NCBI GenBank assembly: GCA_026625185.1
Contig: CP113000.1
Coordinates: forward strand, 300,001-332,000
Reading direction: 5' to 3'
DNA from: Thermodesulfobacteriota bacterium
GTDB taxonomy: Bacteria; Desulfobacterota; WTBG01; JAGOGO01
DNA: 32,000 nt
Positions 1 through 7,715 of this stretch are shown piece after piece. Below the pieces are notes generated by a model that had not been told where the DNA came from, made no database searches, and worked only from the letters and a program-made list of their open reading frames with translations. The translations under genes were made by a program, and so were the position numbers. Numbering within the stretch: position 1 is the first letter of the stretch; each line of letters opens with the position of its first letter.

Positions 1-1
1 A

Positions 2-382
2 ACCTCTCCGCATCTTCATCGCAGCGTTCAGTTTATTAAAGATCAGGGTTGTAAAGCCGGGGTATCGCTTAACCCGGCCACTTCTCTCACTATGCTTGAT
101 CATATCCTTTCTGAAGTGGATATGGTCCTTATTATGACCGTTAATCCGGGGTTTGGCGGGCAAGAATTTATTTCCTCGGTGCTTCCTAAAATTAAGCACC
201 TGTGGGAGAAAATAAGGGAAAAAGGGATAGGCGTTGATATTGAAGTTGATGGAGGTGTTAATCTCAACACCATTAGCAAGGTAGCTCAAGCAGGCGGCAA
301 TATTTTTGTGGCGGGAAATGCTGTTTTCACCACTCCCGATTACGGAAAAACCATCAGTGAATTGAGAAGATTGGCGGAATGA
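2..382 (+). CDS. rpe: ribulose-phosphate 3-epimerase, C-terminal part (5' end lies outside the window)
   Basis: The frame is open from the window edge. The translation HLHRSVQFIKDQGCKAGVSLNPATSL...MTVNPGFGGQEF...EVDGGVN...FVAGNAVF matches conserved Rpe TIM-barrel motifs. Confidence 0.9.
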   Translation, partial: TSPHLHRSVQFIKDQGCKAGVSLNPATSLTMLDHILSEVDMVLIMTVNPGFGGQEFISSVLPKIKHLWEKIREKGIGVDIEVDGGVNLNTISKVAQAGGNIFVAGNAVFTTPDYGKTISELRRLAE

Positions 383-492
383 GCCTAAAAATATTTTTTT
401 TTGGTGAACCCCGGTAGAAATATTCCACCCTGGGCATTTACCAAGTCTGGAAAAGTATAAGAATTTTGAAGGTTAATCCACGCTTTTTCACC

Positions 493-538
493 CGTTTAGA
501 TATTTGATATCTACGCGGGCAAGCAGAGCATTTATAAC
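493..538 (+). repeat. copy A of a conserved palindrome-containing element upstream of the ttcA-like gene
   Basis: The palindrome TAGATAT-TTG-ATATCTA (497-513) has GC-rich pairing flanks (CCCG...CGGG) and is followed by GCATTTATAAC (528-538). A near-identical element lies at 2827-2868. Confidence 0.7.
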
Positions 539-563
539 ATGTTGAGTACCGGCAGAGGCTCGA

Positions 564-1340
564 GTGGTTGACAATCATAGCTATCGCAAGAAGGTGCCCG
601 AATTTTTGGGAGTGAAAAAGCGCTATCCAAAATTTATCCATAAGGTTTTCCGTGGGGTTGGAAAAGCAATTGACCAATTCCACATGATGGAAGATGGAGA
701 CCGAATCCTGGTCGGTGTCTCCGGCGTGGACAGCATTACCCTGCTTTGGGTACTCCGGGAGCGCCTCGCGTGGATTCCCGTAAAATACACCTTAAAAGCT
801 GTTTATATTAATCCGGGGTTTGATGAAACAACGGAAAAAATAATCGGAGATTATTTAAGGAAAGAATTCTTTGATTATGAGATGATAAAGACCGATATGG
901 GGACAAAGGCGCATGATCCTCATGCCCAGGAGAACCCTTGCTTTTTATGTTCTCACGATAGAAAAAAAATGCTTTTTTCATTAGCCTGTGAGGGTAACTA
1001 TCAAAAAATCGCTCTGGGACATCATTTAGATGATATCAATGCTACCCTTTTTATCAATATCCTCTACGGAAGCTCTATAAGCACCATGTTACCGAGGCAA
1101 GATATCTTTGGAGGAAGGCTCACCATCATTCGCCCCCTCGCCTTAGTCGATAAAGAACAAATTCAAAAGTCGGCGGAATTCCTCAACATCCCCTCCATCA
1201 TCAACCCCTGCCCTTCTTCCCACCTTTCTCAGCGCAAACAAATAAATGATTTTTTAGACTATTTTTACAAAAAAGATCAAAGGATTCGTTATAATATTTT
1301 TCACGCTATGAGTAATATTCATCGAGATTATCTTCCCTGA
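564..1340 (+). CDS. ttcA: TtcA-family PP-loop ATP pyrophosphatase (tRNA 2-thiocytidine synthesis-like)
   Basis: The N-terminus GKAIDQFHMMEDGDRILVGVSGVDS aligns to the TtcA N-terminus and PP-loop. NPCFLCS and GHHLDD motifs are present. The GTG start has GAGG 5 nt upstream. The PP-loop reads SGVDS, one Gly shorter than SGGxDS. Confidence 0.65.
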   Translation: MVDNHSYRKKVPEFLGVKKRYPKFIHKVFRGVGKAIDQFHMMEDGDRILVGVSGVDSITLLWVLRERLAWIPVKYTLKAVYINPGFDETTEKIIGDYLRKEFFDYEMIKTDMGTKAHDPHAQENPCFLCSHDRKKMLFSLACEGNYQKIALGHHLDDINATLFINILYGSSISTMLPRQDIFGGRLTIIRPLALVDKEQIQKSAEFLNIPSIINPCPSSHLSQRKQINDFLDYFYKKDQRIRYNIFHAMSNIHRDYLP

Positions 1341-1492
1341 TAAGAAATAGGTTGTTGAAAAACAAATTTACGCAGGCTAAATTACAATGTCGCCGCACCC
1401 CTTAGAGTGCGTTTCATGCATTATATACCTTTTTCAAAAGTCTGCTAAACGGGTTGCCAAGGGAGGAAAAAGAGAAACTTAGAAAGAGGCAA

Positions 1493-2152
1493 TTACATCA
1501 ACCCTGCTTCCTTAAAGGAAAGGTAGCCTTTTTTAGTAATAATGATGTGATCTAATGCTGTTATTCCCAAAATTTTTCCGGCGTCAATCAGCTGCTGATT
1601 GATGGTTATATCCTCAGGGCTTGGTTTCAGTACCCCGGAGGGGTGGTTGTGAGCAAAAATAACGAATGCCGCCCGATCAGAGATCGCATCAGCAAACACT
1701 TCCCGGGGATGAACCTGGCTTGAATTAAGCAAACCAACCGTTACTACTCTATTCCCAATAACTTCATTAGCCCCATTTAAAGAAAGGCAAATGAAATGTT
1801 CCTGTTTTTTGTCGGCAATAGGCATAATGAGGGGAAGCACATCTTTTGCTTTTTTGATTATTAATAGGTCATTAGAGAACCTCCGTCGGGCAAATTCAAG
1901 AGAGGCGATAACCTGACAGGCTTTAGCCAACCCAATACCTTCAATTGCTAAAAGGCTTTTTAGTTCTATTTTCTCACGCTGCTTAGCAAGCGTGCGAAGA
2001 ATACTTTGAGCTACCTGCATAACATTTTTCCCCCTCACCCCACTTCCCAGGATGACGGATAGAAGCTCAGCGTCAGAAAGAGCTTCGGGGCCTTGGGCAG
2101 CCATTTTTTCCCGGGGGCGATTAAATGTGGGGAGGTCTTTTATACTTTTCAT
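1493..2152 (-). CDS. radC: RadC-family JAB/MPN domain protein, full-length form with N-terminal HhH-like region
   Basis: LSDAELLSVILGSGVRGKNV at the N-terminus and the JAMM-type motif FAHNHPSG...PSPED at the C-terminus. It lies 9 nt downstream of the XRE gene on the same strand. Confidence 0.9.
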   Translation of the reverse strand: MKSIKDLPTFNRPREKMAAQGPEALSDAELLSVILGSGVRGKNVMQVAQSILRTLAKQREKIELKSLLAIEGIGLAKACQVIASLEFARRRFSNDLLIIKKAKDVLPLIMPIADKKQEHFICLSLNGANEVIGNRVVTVGLLNSSQVHPREVFADAISDRAAFVIFAHNHPSGVLKPSPEDITINQQLIDAGKILGITALDHIIITKKGYLSFKEAGLM

Positions 2153-2161
2153 TCTTATTGA

Positions 2162-2596
2162 TTACTTTTTTTCTAATTCGATAATCCCCTTTAATTGCCT
2201 CAGGACGCCTTCACGGAGGTTTTTGTTTTTTATCTTACGAAAAAGTTTCAGGATAGTAGCCTCTTCTGCGCTAAGGAGGGTAGGAGTGTAAAGAGGAGTT
2301 TCTGTGGAATCATATTTTAAGGTAGGACCAAAAATTTGCAAAGCGGATTCCTTCGCTTCAAAGAAGGTATTAATATTAGTATCTAAGGCCTCAGAAATTT
2401 GTTGTAAACGCAAGACCGATATTTTCGAAGTACCCTTCTCATATTTTTGGATTTGCTGAAAAGAGATGCCTATCCGTTCAGCCAAAGCAATCTGAGATAA
2501 GCCCAAGGCTTTTCTAATTTGTCTAATTTTTTTCCCGATCTTTTTGTCAATCTGGGCCAAATGAGAGTACCTACCTAAAATATATAAAGAAATCAT
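2162..2596 (-). CDS. XRE-family helix-turn-helix transcriptional regulator with an uncharacterised C-terminal half
   Basis: IRKALGLSQIALAERIGISFQQIQKYEKGTSKISVLRLQQISEAL is a canonical Cro/C1-type HTH. Confidence 0.8.
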   Translation of the reverse strand: MISLYILGRYSHLAQIDKKIGKKIRQIRKALGLSQIALAERIGISFQQIQKYEKGTSKISVLRLQQISEALDTNINTFFEAKESALQIFGPTLKYDSTETPLYTPTLLSAEEATILKLFRKIKNKNLREGVLRQLKGIIELEKK

Positions 2597-2826
2597 GACT
2601 CAAATATTTTTCCTTCGCCCAGAGTATCATAAAGAAAAACCAAAAAGTCTACGGCATTAAGGTTGTATTTTTTACTTGATTTTTTCTCTTTATAGTTGTA
2701 TTTATTTATATGCTACGATTTTCTTTTCTCTTTCATTGAGTAATCCAAATCTCCAGGAAGAGGGGAAGATACGTGACCATTTTTTTGCGAGAAGGGGTTG
2801 AGAGCAAAACAGCGTGCTTATTCAAC

Positions 2827-2868
2827 CGGTTAGATATTTGATATCTAACGGGGCGGGGCATTTCTAAC
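2827..2868 (+). repeat. copy B of the same palindrome-containing element, upstream of the orphan response regulator gene
   Basis: GTTAGATAT-TTG-ATATCTAAC (2829-2849; the 17 nt core is identical to copy A) is followed by GCATTTCTAAC (2858-2868). Orientation is the same as copy A. Confidence 0.7.
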
Positions 2869-2937
2869 GGGCTCAAAGCCCAAGTTAAGGAATAGATTTA
2901 AGCATTTCACTGTCAATAATAAGGGAGGGGGAATCTC

Positions 2938-3318
2938 ATGAAGAAAAAAAGAATTTTGATCGTTGATGATAAAGAGACGATGAGATTTTTACTAACCGAG
3001 GCACTAAAACCTCTGGGTTACAAAATCGAGACCGTAGGAGATGGAGAAGCGGCAATTCAGCATCTTGCCGAGAAAGTTTACGATTTATTTATTGCAGATT
3101 ACACCATCTCCAAAATGAATGATCTGGAGCTTATCCGGAGAATAAAAAAAATCAATCCTTCGCTACCAATTCTCGTAGTTAACACCAATGGGCCTGAAAG
3201 TGAAATTTTAAAAAATGGCGCCTTAGTCTGTGTTAAAGAGCCGTTAAATACCTCACAGTTACAAATTATATCTCAATTAATCATCAATGATATCCTGCCT
3301 CACGCTCCGTTCCCCTGA
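2938..3318 (+). CDS. single-domain response regulator (CheY-like receiver, no output domain)
   Basis: All receiver hallmarks are present: ILIVDD acidic pair, FIADYT phospho-acceptor Asp, VVNTNG Thr and VKEP Lys. A strong SD (GGGAGGGGG) lies upstream of the ATG. Confidence 0.85.
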   Translation: MKKKRILIVDDKETMRFLLTEALKPLGYKIETVGDGEAAIQHLAEKVYDLFIADYTISKMNDLELIRRIKKINPSLPILVVNTNGPESEILKNGALVCVKEPLNTSQLQIISQLIINDILPHAPFP

Positions 3319-3334
3319 AAATCGATGTGAGTCA

Positions 3335-4669
3335 TTAACTTTTATTTTCCAGATCCTTTACTCCCTGGGCAATGATGCTGAACAACTCATCAATATTTTC
3401 TTCCTCAACACTGGAAAAAGTAATCCTCAGATCCCATTTATCCATAGCGATGGTCCCCACACCGTATCTCTCTAAAAGGCGTACCCGCAAAGGCTCTGCT
3501 TCCACGTTTTTCAATTTTAAACACATAAAATAACCGGAATTGAAAGGATAGGCCTCCCACAGCCGTTTAAATTCTTTCTTTTTAAGAACCTCTTGGACTT
3601 TCAAGGCTCTTTTTTTTAAGATCTCTAATTTTTCTGCCTTTTCCTCCCCATACGTTGGAGAATCGAGTGCTCTACAAACAATGCTTTGGCCTAGGTGGGA
3701 GCAGTTTGAAATACTGGATCGGATCGCTCCCATAGTCTTATTTTCCAACGCGTTGTAAACATCGGCAAACGATCCATCCCCCCCTACCCCAAATGTAATA
3801 AATCCTATCCGGAAGCCCCAGACATACTGTTCTTTAGTAGGACCATCAAGTTTTACGGCTATAATATTAGGATGAAGATTAACAAAATGACCAAAGAGGG
3901 ATTCTTTCATGGTATTTTGGTAATAAAAAAGTCCGAAATACGCATCATCAATTATTACCACCACCTTAATGCCTTTTTGAGCAGCTGCAAGAATAACCCC
4001 CACAATTTCTTCGCCTTCGGATTGGCTGATGCTATAGCCAGTCGGATTATTGGGAAAATTAAAAAGAACGACCAGTTTATCTCGGTCAGAACCAAGCTCC
4101 GTGATCATCTTATTCAGGCCATCAGCGTTAAACTTTCCTTGAGAAGTAAAAAGGGGATAGGTATGTATCTTTGCTTCTTTTCGCACTTCAAAAATAAGAC
4201 TATAATTCTCCCAGAATTTGTCCGGCAAAATAATAACATCTCCGGGATCAACAAAAAGGTCGGCCGCGAGTTCCAATCCATGAGTGAGACCGCTGGTTAC
4301 TATAGGAACGCTAAAATTTTTCCCTTGTGTGCTGGGATTATCGGCAAGCAGTTTTTTTTGCCACTTTTCTCTTAGCAGGGGCTTTCCTGCTCCCGGTGCA
4401 TAAGGATAGCTCTCCTGAGGGGGAATTTCCTTAATAATTTTTTGGACACACGGAAGATACATTGGCCCTGCCCCTTCAGTGGCAATACCAATAGTAACAT
4501 TGTATTTGTTCGCTTTTTTTTGAGCATCGGCAGTCTGACTCAGAATACCTTTTGGGAAATAAAGATTTTTCCCCAATCTTGAAAGCATTTGATATAATGA
4601 ATAATTTTGTTTTTGGAGAACTTCATTCAGATCCTGCGCTAAGGGGTCCATATCCATCTTCCTTTCCAT
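3335..4669 (-). CDS. PLP-dependent aminotransferase, class I/II fold
   Basis: FNFPNNPTGY, IIDDAYFG and the PLP-lysine region DGPTKEQYVWGFRIGF are present. The start is ambiguous: in-frame ATGs occur at 4669, 4657 and 4651, and the last has AAGGAAG 6 nt upstream. Confidence 0.8.
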   Translation of the reverse strand: MERKMDMDPLAQDLNEVLQKQNYSLYQMLSRLGKNLYFPKGILSQTADAQKKANKYNVTIGIATEGAGPMYLPCVQKIIKEIPPQESYPYAPGAGKPLLREKWQKKLLADNPSTQGKNFSVPIVTSGLTHGLELAADLFVDPGDVIILPDKFWENYSLIFEVRKEAKIHTYPLFTSQGKFNADGLNKMITELGSDRDKLVVLFNFPNNPTGYSISQSEGEEIVGVILAAAQKGIKVVVIIDDAYFGLFYYQNTMKESLFGHFVNLHPNIIAVKLDGPTKEQYVWGFRIGFITFGVGGDGSFADVYNALENKTMGAIRSSISNCSHLGQSIVCRALDSPTYGEEKAEKLEILKKRALKVQEVLKKKEFKRLWEAYPFNSGYFMCLKLKNVEAEPLRVRLLERYGVGTIAMDKWDLRITFSSVEEENIDELFSIIAQGVKDLENKS

Positions 4670-4685
4670 AATCTTTTGGTTGGTT

Positions 4686-5591
4686 TTAAAACTTTTTTCC
4701 GGTTATTTTTTCGTAAATACTTATATAAACGTCGGTTACCCGCGAAATCATGTCATCTGGCAACGGAGGAATATCAGGCTCTGGTTTTCCTTTCTCACGC
4801 GCCTCATAAAGCGCATCTTTATACCCAATTCCCCGGTAATATTGTCTCACTACCTCTTTGCTTAACTCTAAGTATTCATTGTGAGCGTAGTTAGCGGCAT
4901 CCCAAAAGCGATCTTCATCTGCCGTTCCAAACACATCGATTATCATAAGGTTGCGGTTTTCATCCATGCCGAATTCTTTTTTACCGTCCACATGGATAAG
5001 GCCACGATGCGCCACTTCGTCATTAATCATTTCATCGAGACGAAAAATAATAGAGCGGATCTGGTTAAGAGTGTTTTTATCGATGCCCGAAATTTTAACT
5101 GCTTCATCAAAGTCAATCTTTCTATCCACCCGTTCCAACTTGGTCGTGGTTTCAAAGAATGGTTGGGGAAGCTTATCGCCGTACTTAATCGTCTTGATAT
5201 CCATCCCCCCGATTTCAGAAGAAGCTATCCCCCCTTTTTTGACCCGGTCAAAAAAAGAACCCGCTACATAATAACGAGTAATAAATTCACAGGGAACAAG
5301 ATAGCGAATACTCTGGGTGCTAATCTTGTCGTAATCTCTTATAATATCAACTTTTTTAACCCTGATCCGGTTCGGCGCAATGTGCTGAAGGAAATGGGTT
5401 TTTATTCCCATGTCCTCCGCTTTTTCAAACCAATGAACCGCTGTCCTGCAAAGTGTTTCCCCTTTATTCGGGATAAGGGAAGGAATCGGTTTATCAAAAA
5501 CCGATATTTTATCCGTAAACTGAAAGTCTATTTCATCCTTGCCGGGGACCTGATAAAGCTCTTTAACTGAACCAGCATATATCAATTTCAT
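4686..5591 (-). CDS. purC: phosphoribosylaminoimidazole-succinocarboxamide (SAICAR) synthase
   Basis: LIYAGSVKELY...FTDKISVFDKPIPSLIPNKGETLCRTAVHWFE matches the PurC N-terminal signature, with long-form PurC length. SD AAGGAGGG lies 7 nt upstream of the ATG. Confidence 0.88.
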   Translation of the reverse strand: MKLIYAGSVKELYQVPGKDEIDFQFTDKISVFDKPIPSLIPNKGETLCRTAVHWFEKAEDMGIKTHFLQHIAPNRIRVKKVDIIRDYDKISTQSIRYLVPCEFITRYYVAGSFFDRVKKGGIASSEIGGMDIKTIKYGDKLPQPFFETTTKLERVDRKIDFDEAVKISGIDKNTLNQIRSIIFRLDEMINDEVAHRGLIHVDGKKEFGMDENRNLMIIDVFGTADEDRFWDAANYAHNEYLELSKEVVRQYYRGIGYKDALYEAREKGKPEPDIPPLPDDMISRVTDVYISIYEKITGKKF

Positions 5592-5805
5592 AATTTTTCC
5601 CTCCTTTGAAAAACCGAGATAGTTTTTTTCTTATAGGAATAAAGAAAATTTAAAAGGGCAGAAAATAATTGTCCAACTTTTAACATTTTGTCAAGAATTT
5701 TTTATTTTTTATTTTGTTTTCGAGTAGTTAAGTCTATCAATCAGCATATAGATATTGACCACCATTCCGAACCCTTTGATAAAAAAATTTAGGTTACCAT
5801 AAACC

Positions 5806-5834
5806 TTGACTTTTGAGTAATATCCAATTATTAT
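5806..5834 (+). promoter_or_regulatory. candidate sigma70-type promoter for the small secreted-protein gene pair
   Basis: TTGACT (5806-5811), a 17 nt spacer, then TATTAT (5829-5834), about 47 nt upstream of the GTG at 5881. Confidence 0.4.
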
Positions 5835-5880
5835 TTAATCTTAAAAATGAAAATTCTGTGCAAGGCAAAAGGAGATTAGT

Positions 5881-6222
5881 GTGATAAAAGCCATTTTAGC
5901 CGTTATATTTCTTTTTTGCTGTGGTTCAATCGGAAATGCAGCTAAAATTGATGAAGGAGACACGTGGGTAAGCAACAGGTACACAGGTACAGTCCCCGAT
6001 ACCGGTTATCGGCAAGGTGATCGCATAAAACATTTGAATATCAACAAAAGGGTTTATGAGTTTAAAAAATCAGGCCATAATCTTTATAAAGCCTATGATG
6101 ATGAAACCGGCAATTTACTTGAAATGAAATCAAAAGGCAGGAGTGGCTATGGGGAATGGGAAGTATATGATCATGAAACCGGAGAAAATTGGCTTATTAA
6201 AGAACCCGCAAAAAGAGAATAA
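5881..6222 (+). CDS. small secreted hypothetical protein with two YD-like motifs
   Basis: GTG start with AAGGAG 6 nt upstream. The hydrophobic N-terminus ILAVIFLFCCGSIGNA is signal-peptide-like. The motif Y.(A/V)YD(D/H)ETG(N/E) occurs twice. Confidence 0.5.
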   Translation: MIKAILAVIFLFCCGSIGNAAKIDEGDTWVSNRYTGTVPDTGYRQGDRIKHLNINKRVYEFKKSGHNLYKAYDDETGNLLEMKSKGRSGYGEWEVYDHETGENWLIKEPAKRE

Positions 6223-6237
6223 AAAAACAGGTGCGCA

Positions 6238-6660
6238 ATGAAAAAATTATTTTTTTACTTTATAACACTAAATATTATATTTCCTGTTTTAATTTGGGGC
6301 GAGGATACCGATGCGGGTAATAGATATATTCCCCGAACGATTGTGACGGGAGACGCTTCGGAATTATCTGACCCCTCTGGCAACATTGTCAGATACAGAT
6401 ACAATCCCCTTCTCGAGATATGGGAATACGAAGCTAACAAAGCGACTATTAAATATAATCATATAGATGATAAATGGACCTATGCTTATCCCGGTGAAGT
6501 TCTGCGATTTAATCCGGTAGAAAACGAATGGGACTACCAATTTCCTGAAAAAAGGCTTCGCTTCGATATAACAACCGAGAAGTGGTTTTACGGTTATGTT
6601 CCACCAACAGAAAAGCCGAAATATGACGAGCTCCTCCCCCCAGGATTACTCCCTTATTAA
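6238..6660 (+). CDS. small secreted hypothetical protein with four ~19 aa Trp/Tyr repeats
   Basis: Signal-like N-terminus (LFFYFITLNIIFPVLIWG). Repeats: RYRYNPLLEIWEY, IKYNHIDDKWTY, LRFNPVENEWDY, LRFDITTEKWFY. It lies 15 nt downstream of the previous ORF. Confidence 0.55.
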   Translation: MKKLFFYFITLNIIFPVLIWGEDTDAGNRYIPRTIVTGDASELSDPSGNIVRYRYNPLLEIWEYEANKATIKYNHIDDKWTYAYPGEVLRFNPVENEWDYQFPEKRLRFDITTEKWFYGYVPPTEKPKYDELLPPGLLPY

Positions 6661-6747
6661 GAAATAAGACACCGTTTCACTATTTTTTTTCGATAGAGTT
6701 GCGCCTGCTGCTAAGAAAATCCAATTAAAATCTCAGGCCATCTTTAT

Positions 6748-7710
6748 TTATGGCTTTCTCTTTTCTCTTACCAATCGAAAACCAATAAAGTCGCTATTTG
6801 CATTCGGAGACCAGTGAAAACGAGCAGCAGAACGGCAGTTCTTTGCATTAGAAAACCACGAACCACCACGAATAACCCGGCCTGACCCGGTGATAGGACC
6901 AGTAGGATCTGTTTGTGTTGTCGGAGGGTATGGGCCGTACCAGTCTTGGCACCACTCTAATACATTGCCATGCAAATCATAAATCCCCCAGGGATTCGGC
7001 TTCTTCTGGCCTACCGGATGAGTCCTCCGATCTGAATTGCCGCAATACCAGCCCACTGCGTCCAAATTAGGCTCATGCTCACAGAAAAGCTCATTAATCT
7101 CTCCTTCTGAAAAGGAGGAAAATTTCCCCGCGCGACAAGCATATTCCCATTCTGCTTCAGTCGGTAACCGATATCTATACTCACCAATGTTGTTTAAACG
7201 CTCGATAAATTTCTGACAATCATACCATGATACGCTCTCCACCGGATAATCATCATCCTTATGAGAAAATCGTGCGGGATTATCCCCCATTACCGCGTTC
7301 CATTGTCCTTGAGTTACTGGAGTGGTTTGAAGAAAATAACCATGCGTTATGCTTACCTCGTGCGGCAGTTCATCATCGCTCCGGCCCGGTTCAGTTTCAG
7401 GACTCCCCATGATAAAATGCCCCGAAGGAATAAATACAAAAGAAAAGTCGGGCAAAGAAGGAGTGATGGTTGGAGAAATTACTTCCTTTTCAGTAGGTAA
7501 CAGAACAGTGGTGACTGAAGAAATTTCTTTAGAAGGGTTTGTTAGTACAACGGCAATGGTTTCCGGCTTCAAAACTGCTGTTACTTCTTTGGTTTCTTTT
7601 ATTTCAGACGGAATTATTGCTTGCTTAAAAATATTTTTTTCCGTTTTTTCAATCCTGATCTCTTCAAGGGCGGAAAAGATCGGCTCTTGTTTTTTTTTCT
7701 TTTTTTTCAA
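6748..7710 (-). CDS. FGE-sulfatase (SUMF1) domain protein, probably not a true formylglycine-generating enzyme
   Basis: GSPETEPGRSDDELPHEV, RLPTEAEWEYACRAG, NPWGIYDLHGNVLEWC and RGGSW...CRSAARF are the FGE-fold signature. The start is TTG followed by a poly-Lys run. It lies 5 nt downstream of the ATPase gene. Confidence 0.85.
   Translation of the reverse strand: MKKKKKKQEPIFSALEEIRIEKTEKNIFKQAIIPSEIKETKEVTAVLKPETIAVVLTNPSKEISSVTTVLLPTEKEVISPTITPSLPDFSFVFIPSGHFIMGSPETEPGRSDDELPHEVSITHGYFLQTTPVTQGQWNAVMGDNPARFSHKDDDYPVESVSWYDCQKFIERLNNIGEYRYRLPTEAEWEYACRAGKFSSFSEGEINELFCEHEPNLDAVGWYCGNSDRRTHPVGQKKPNPWGIYDLHGNVLEWCQDWYGPYPPTTQTDPTGPITGSGRVIRGGSWFSNAKNCRSAARFHWSPNANSDFIGFRLVREKRKP
7690..7707 (-). 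repeat. A8-G-A9 homopolymer pair (plus strand T9-C-T8) encoding KKKKKK directly after the TTG start of the FGE-like gene
   Basis: Read directly: the minus strand is TTG AAA AAA AAG AAA AAA AAA CAA. Confidence 0.9.
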
Positions 7711-7715
7711 TTTTC

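Noticed and set aside
1493-2596. The XRE plus RadC pair as a toxin-antitoxin or anti-phage module.
   Set aside because: The RadC is the full-length housekeeping-type form with the N-terminal HhH region. No nuclease, toxin, integrase or other mobile-element genes are nearby.
3872-5570. Long ORFs antisense to the aminotransferase and purC genes (3872-4375, 4881-5570, 4951-5271). Similar cases occur elsewhere: 7349-7735, 8287-8766, 18566-19006, 20623-21015, 23861-24256 and 24640-25119.
   Set aside because: Each lies entirely inside a strongly supported gene on the opposite strand. Their translations are low-complexity or have odd composition, with no SD and no recognisable motifs. They are shadow ORFs.
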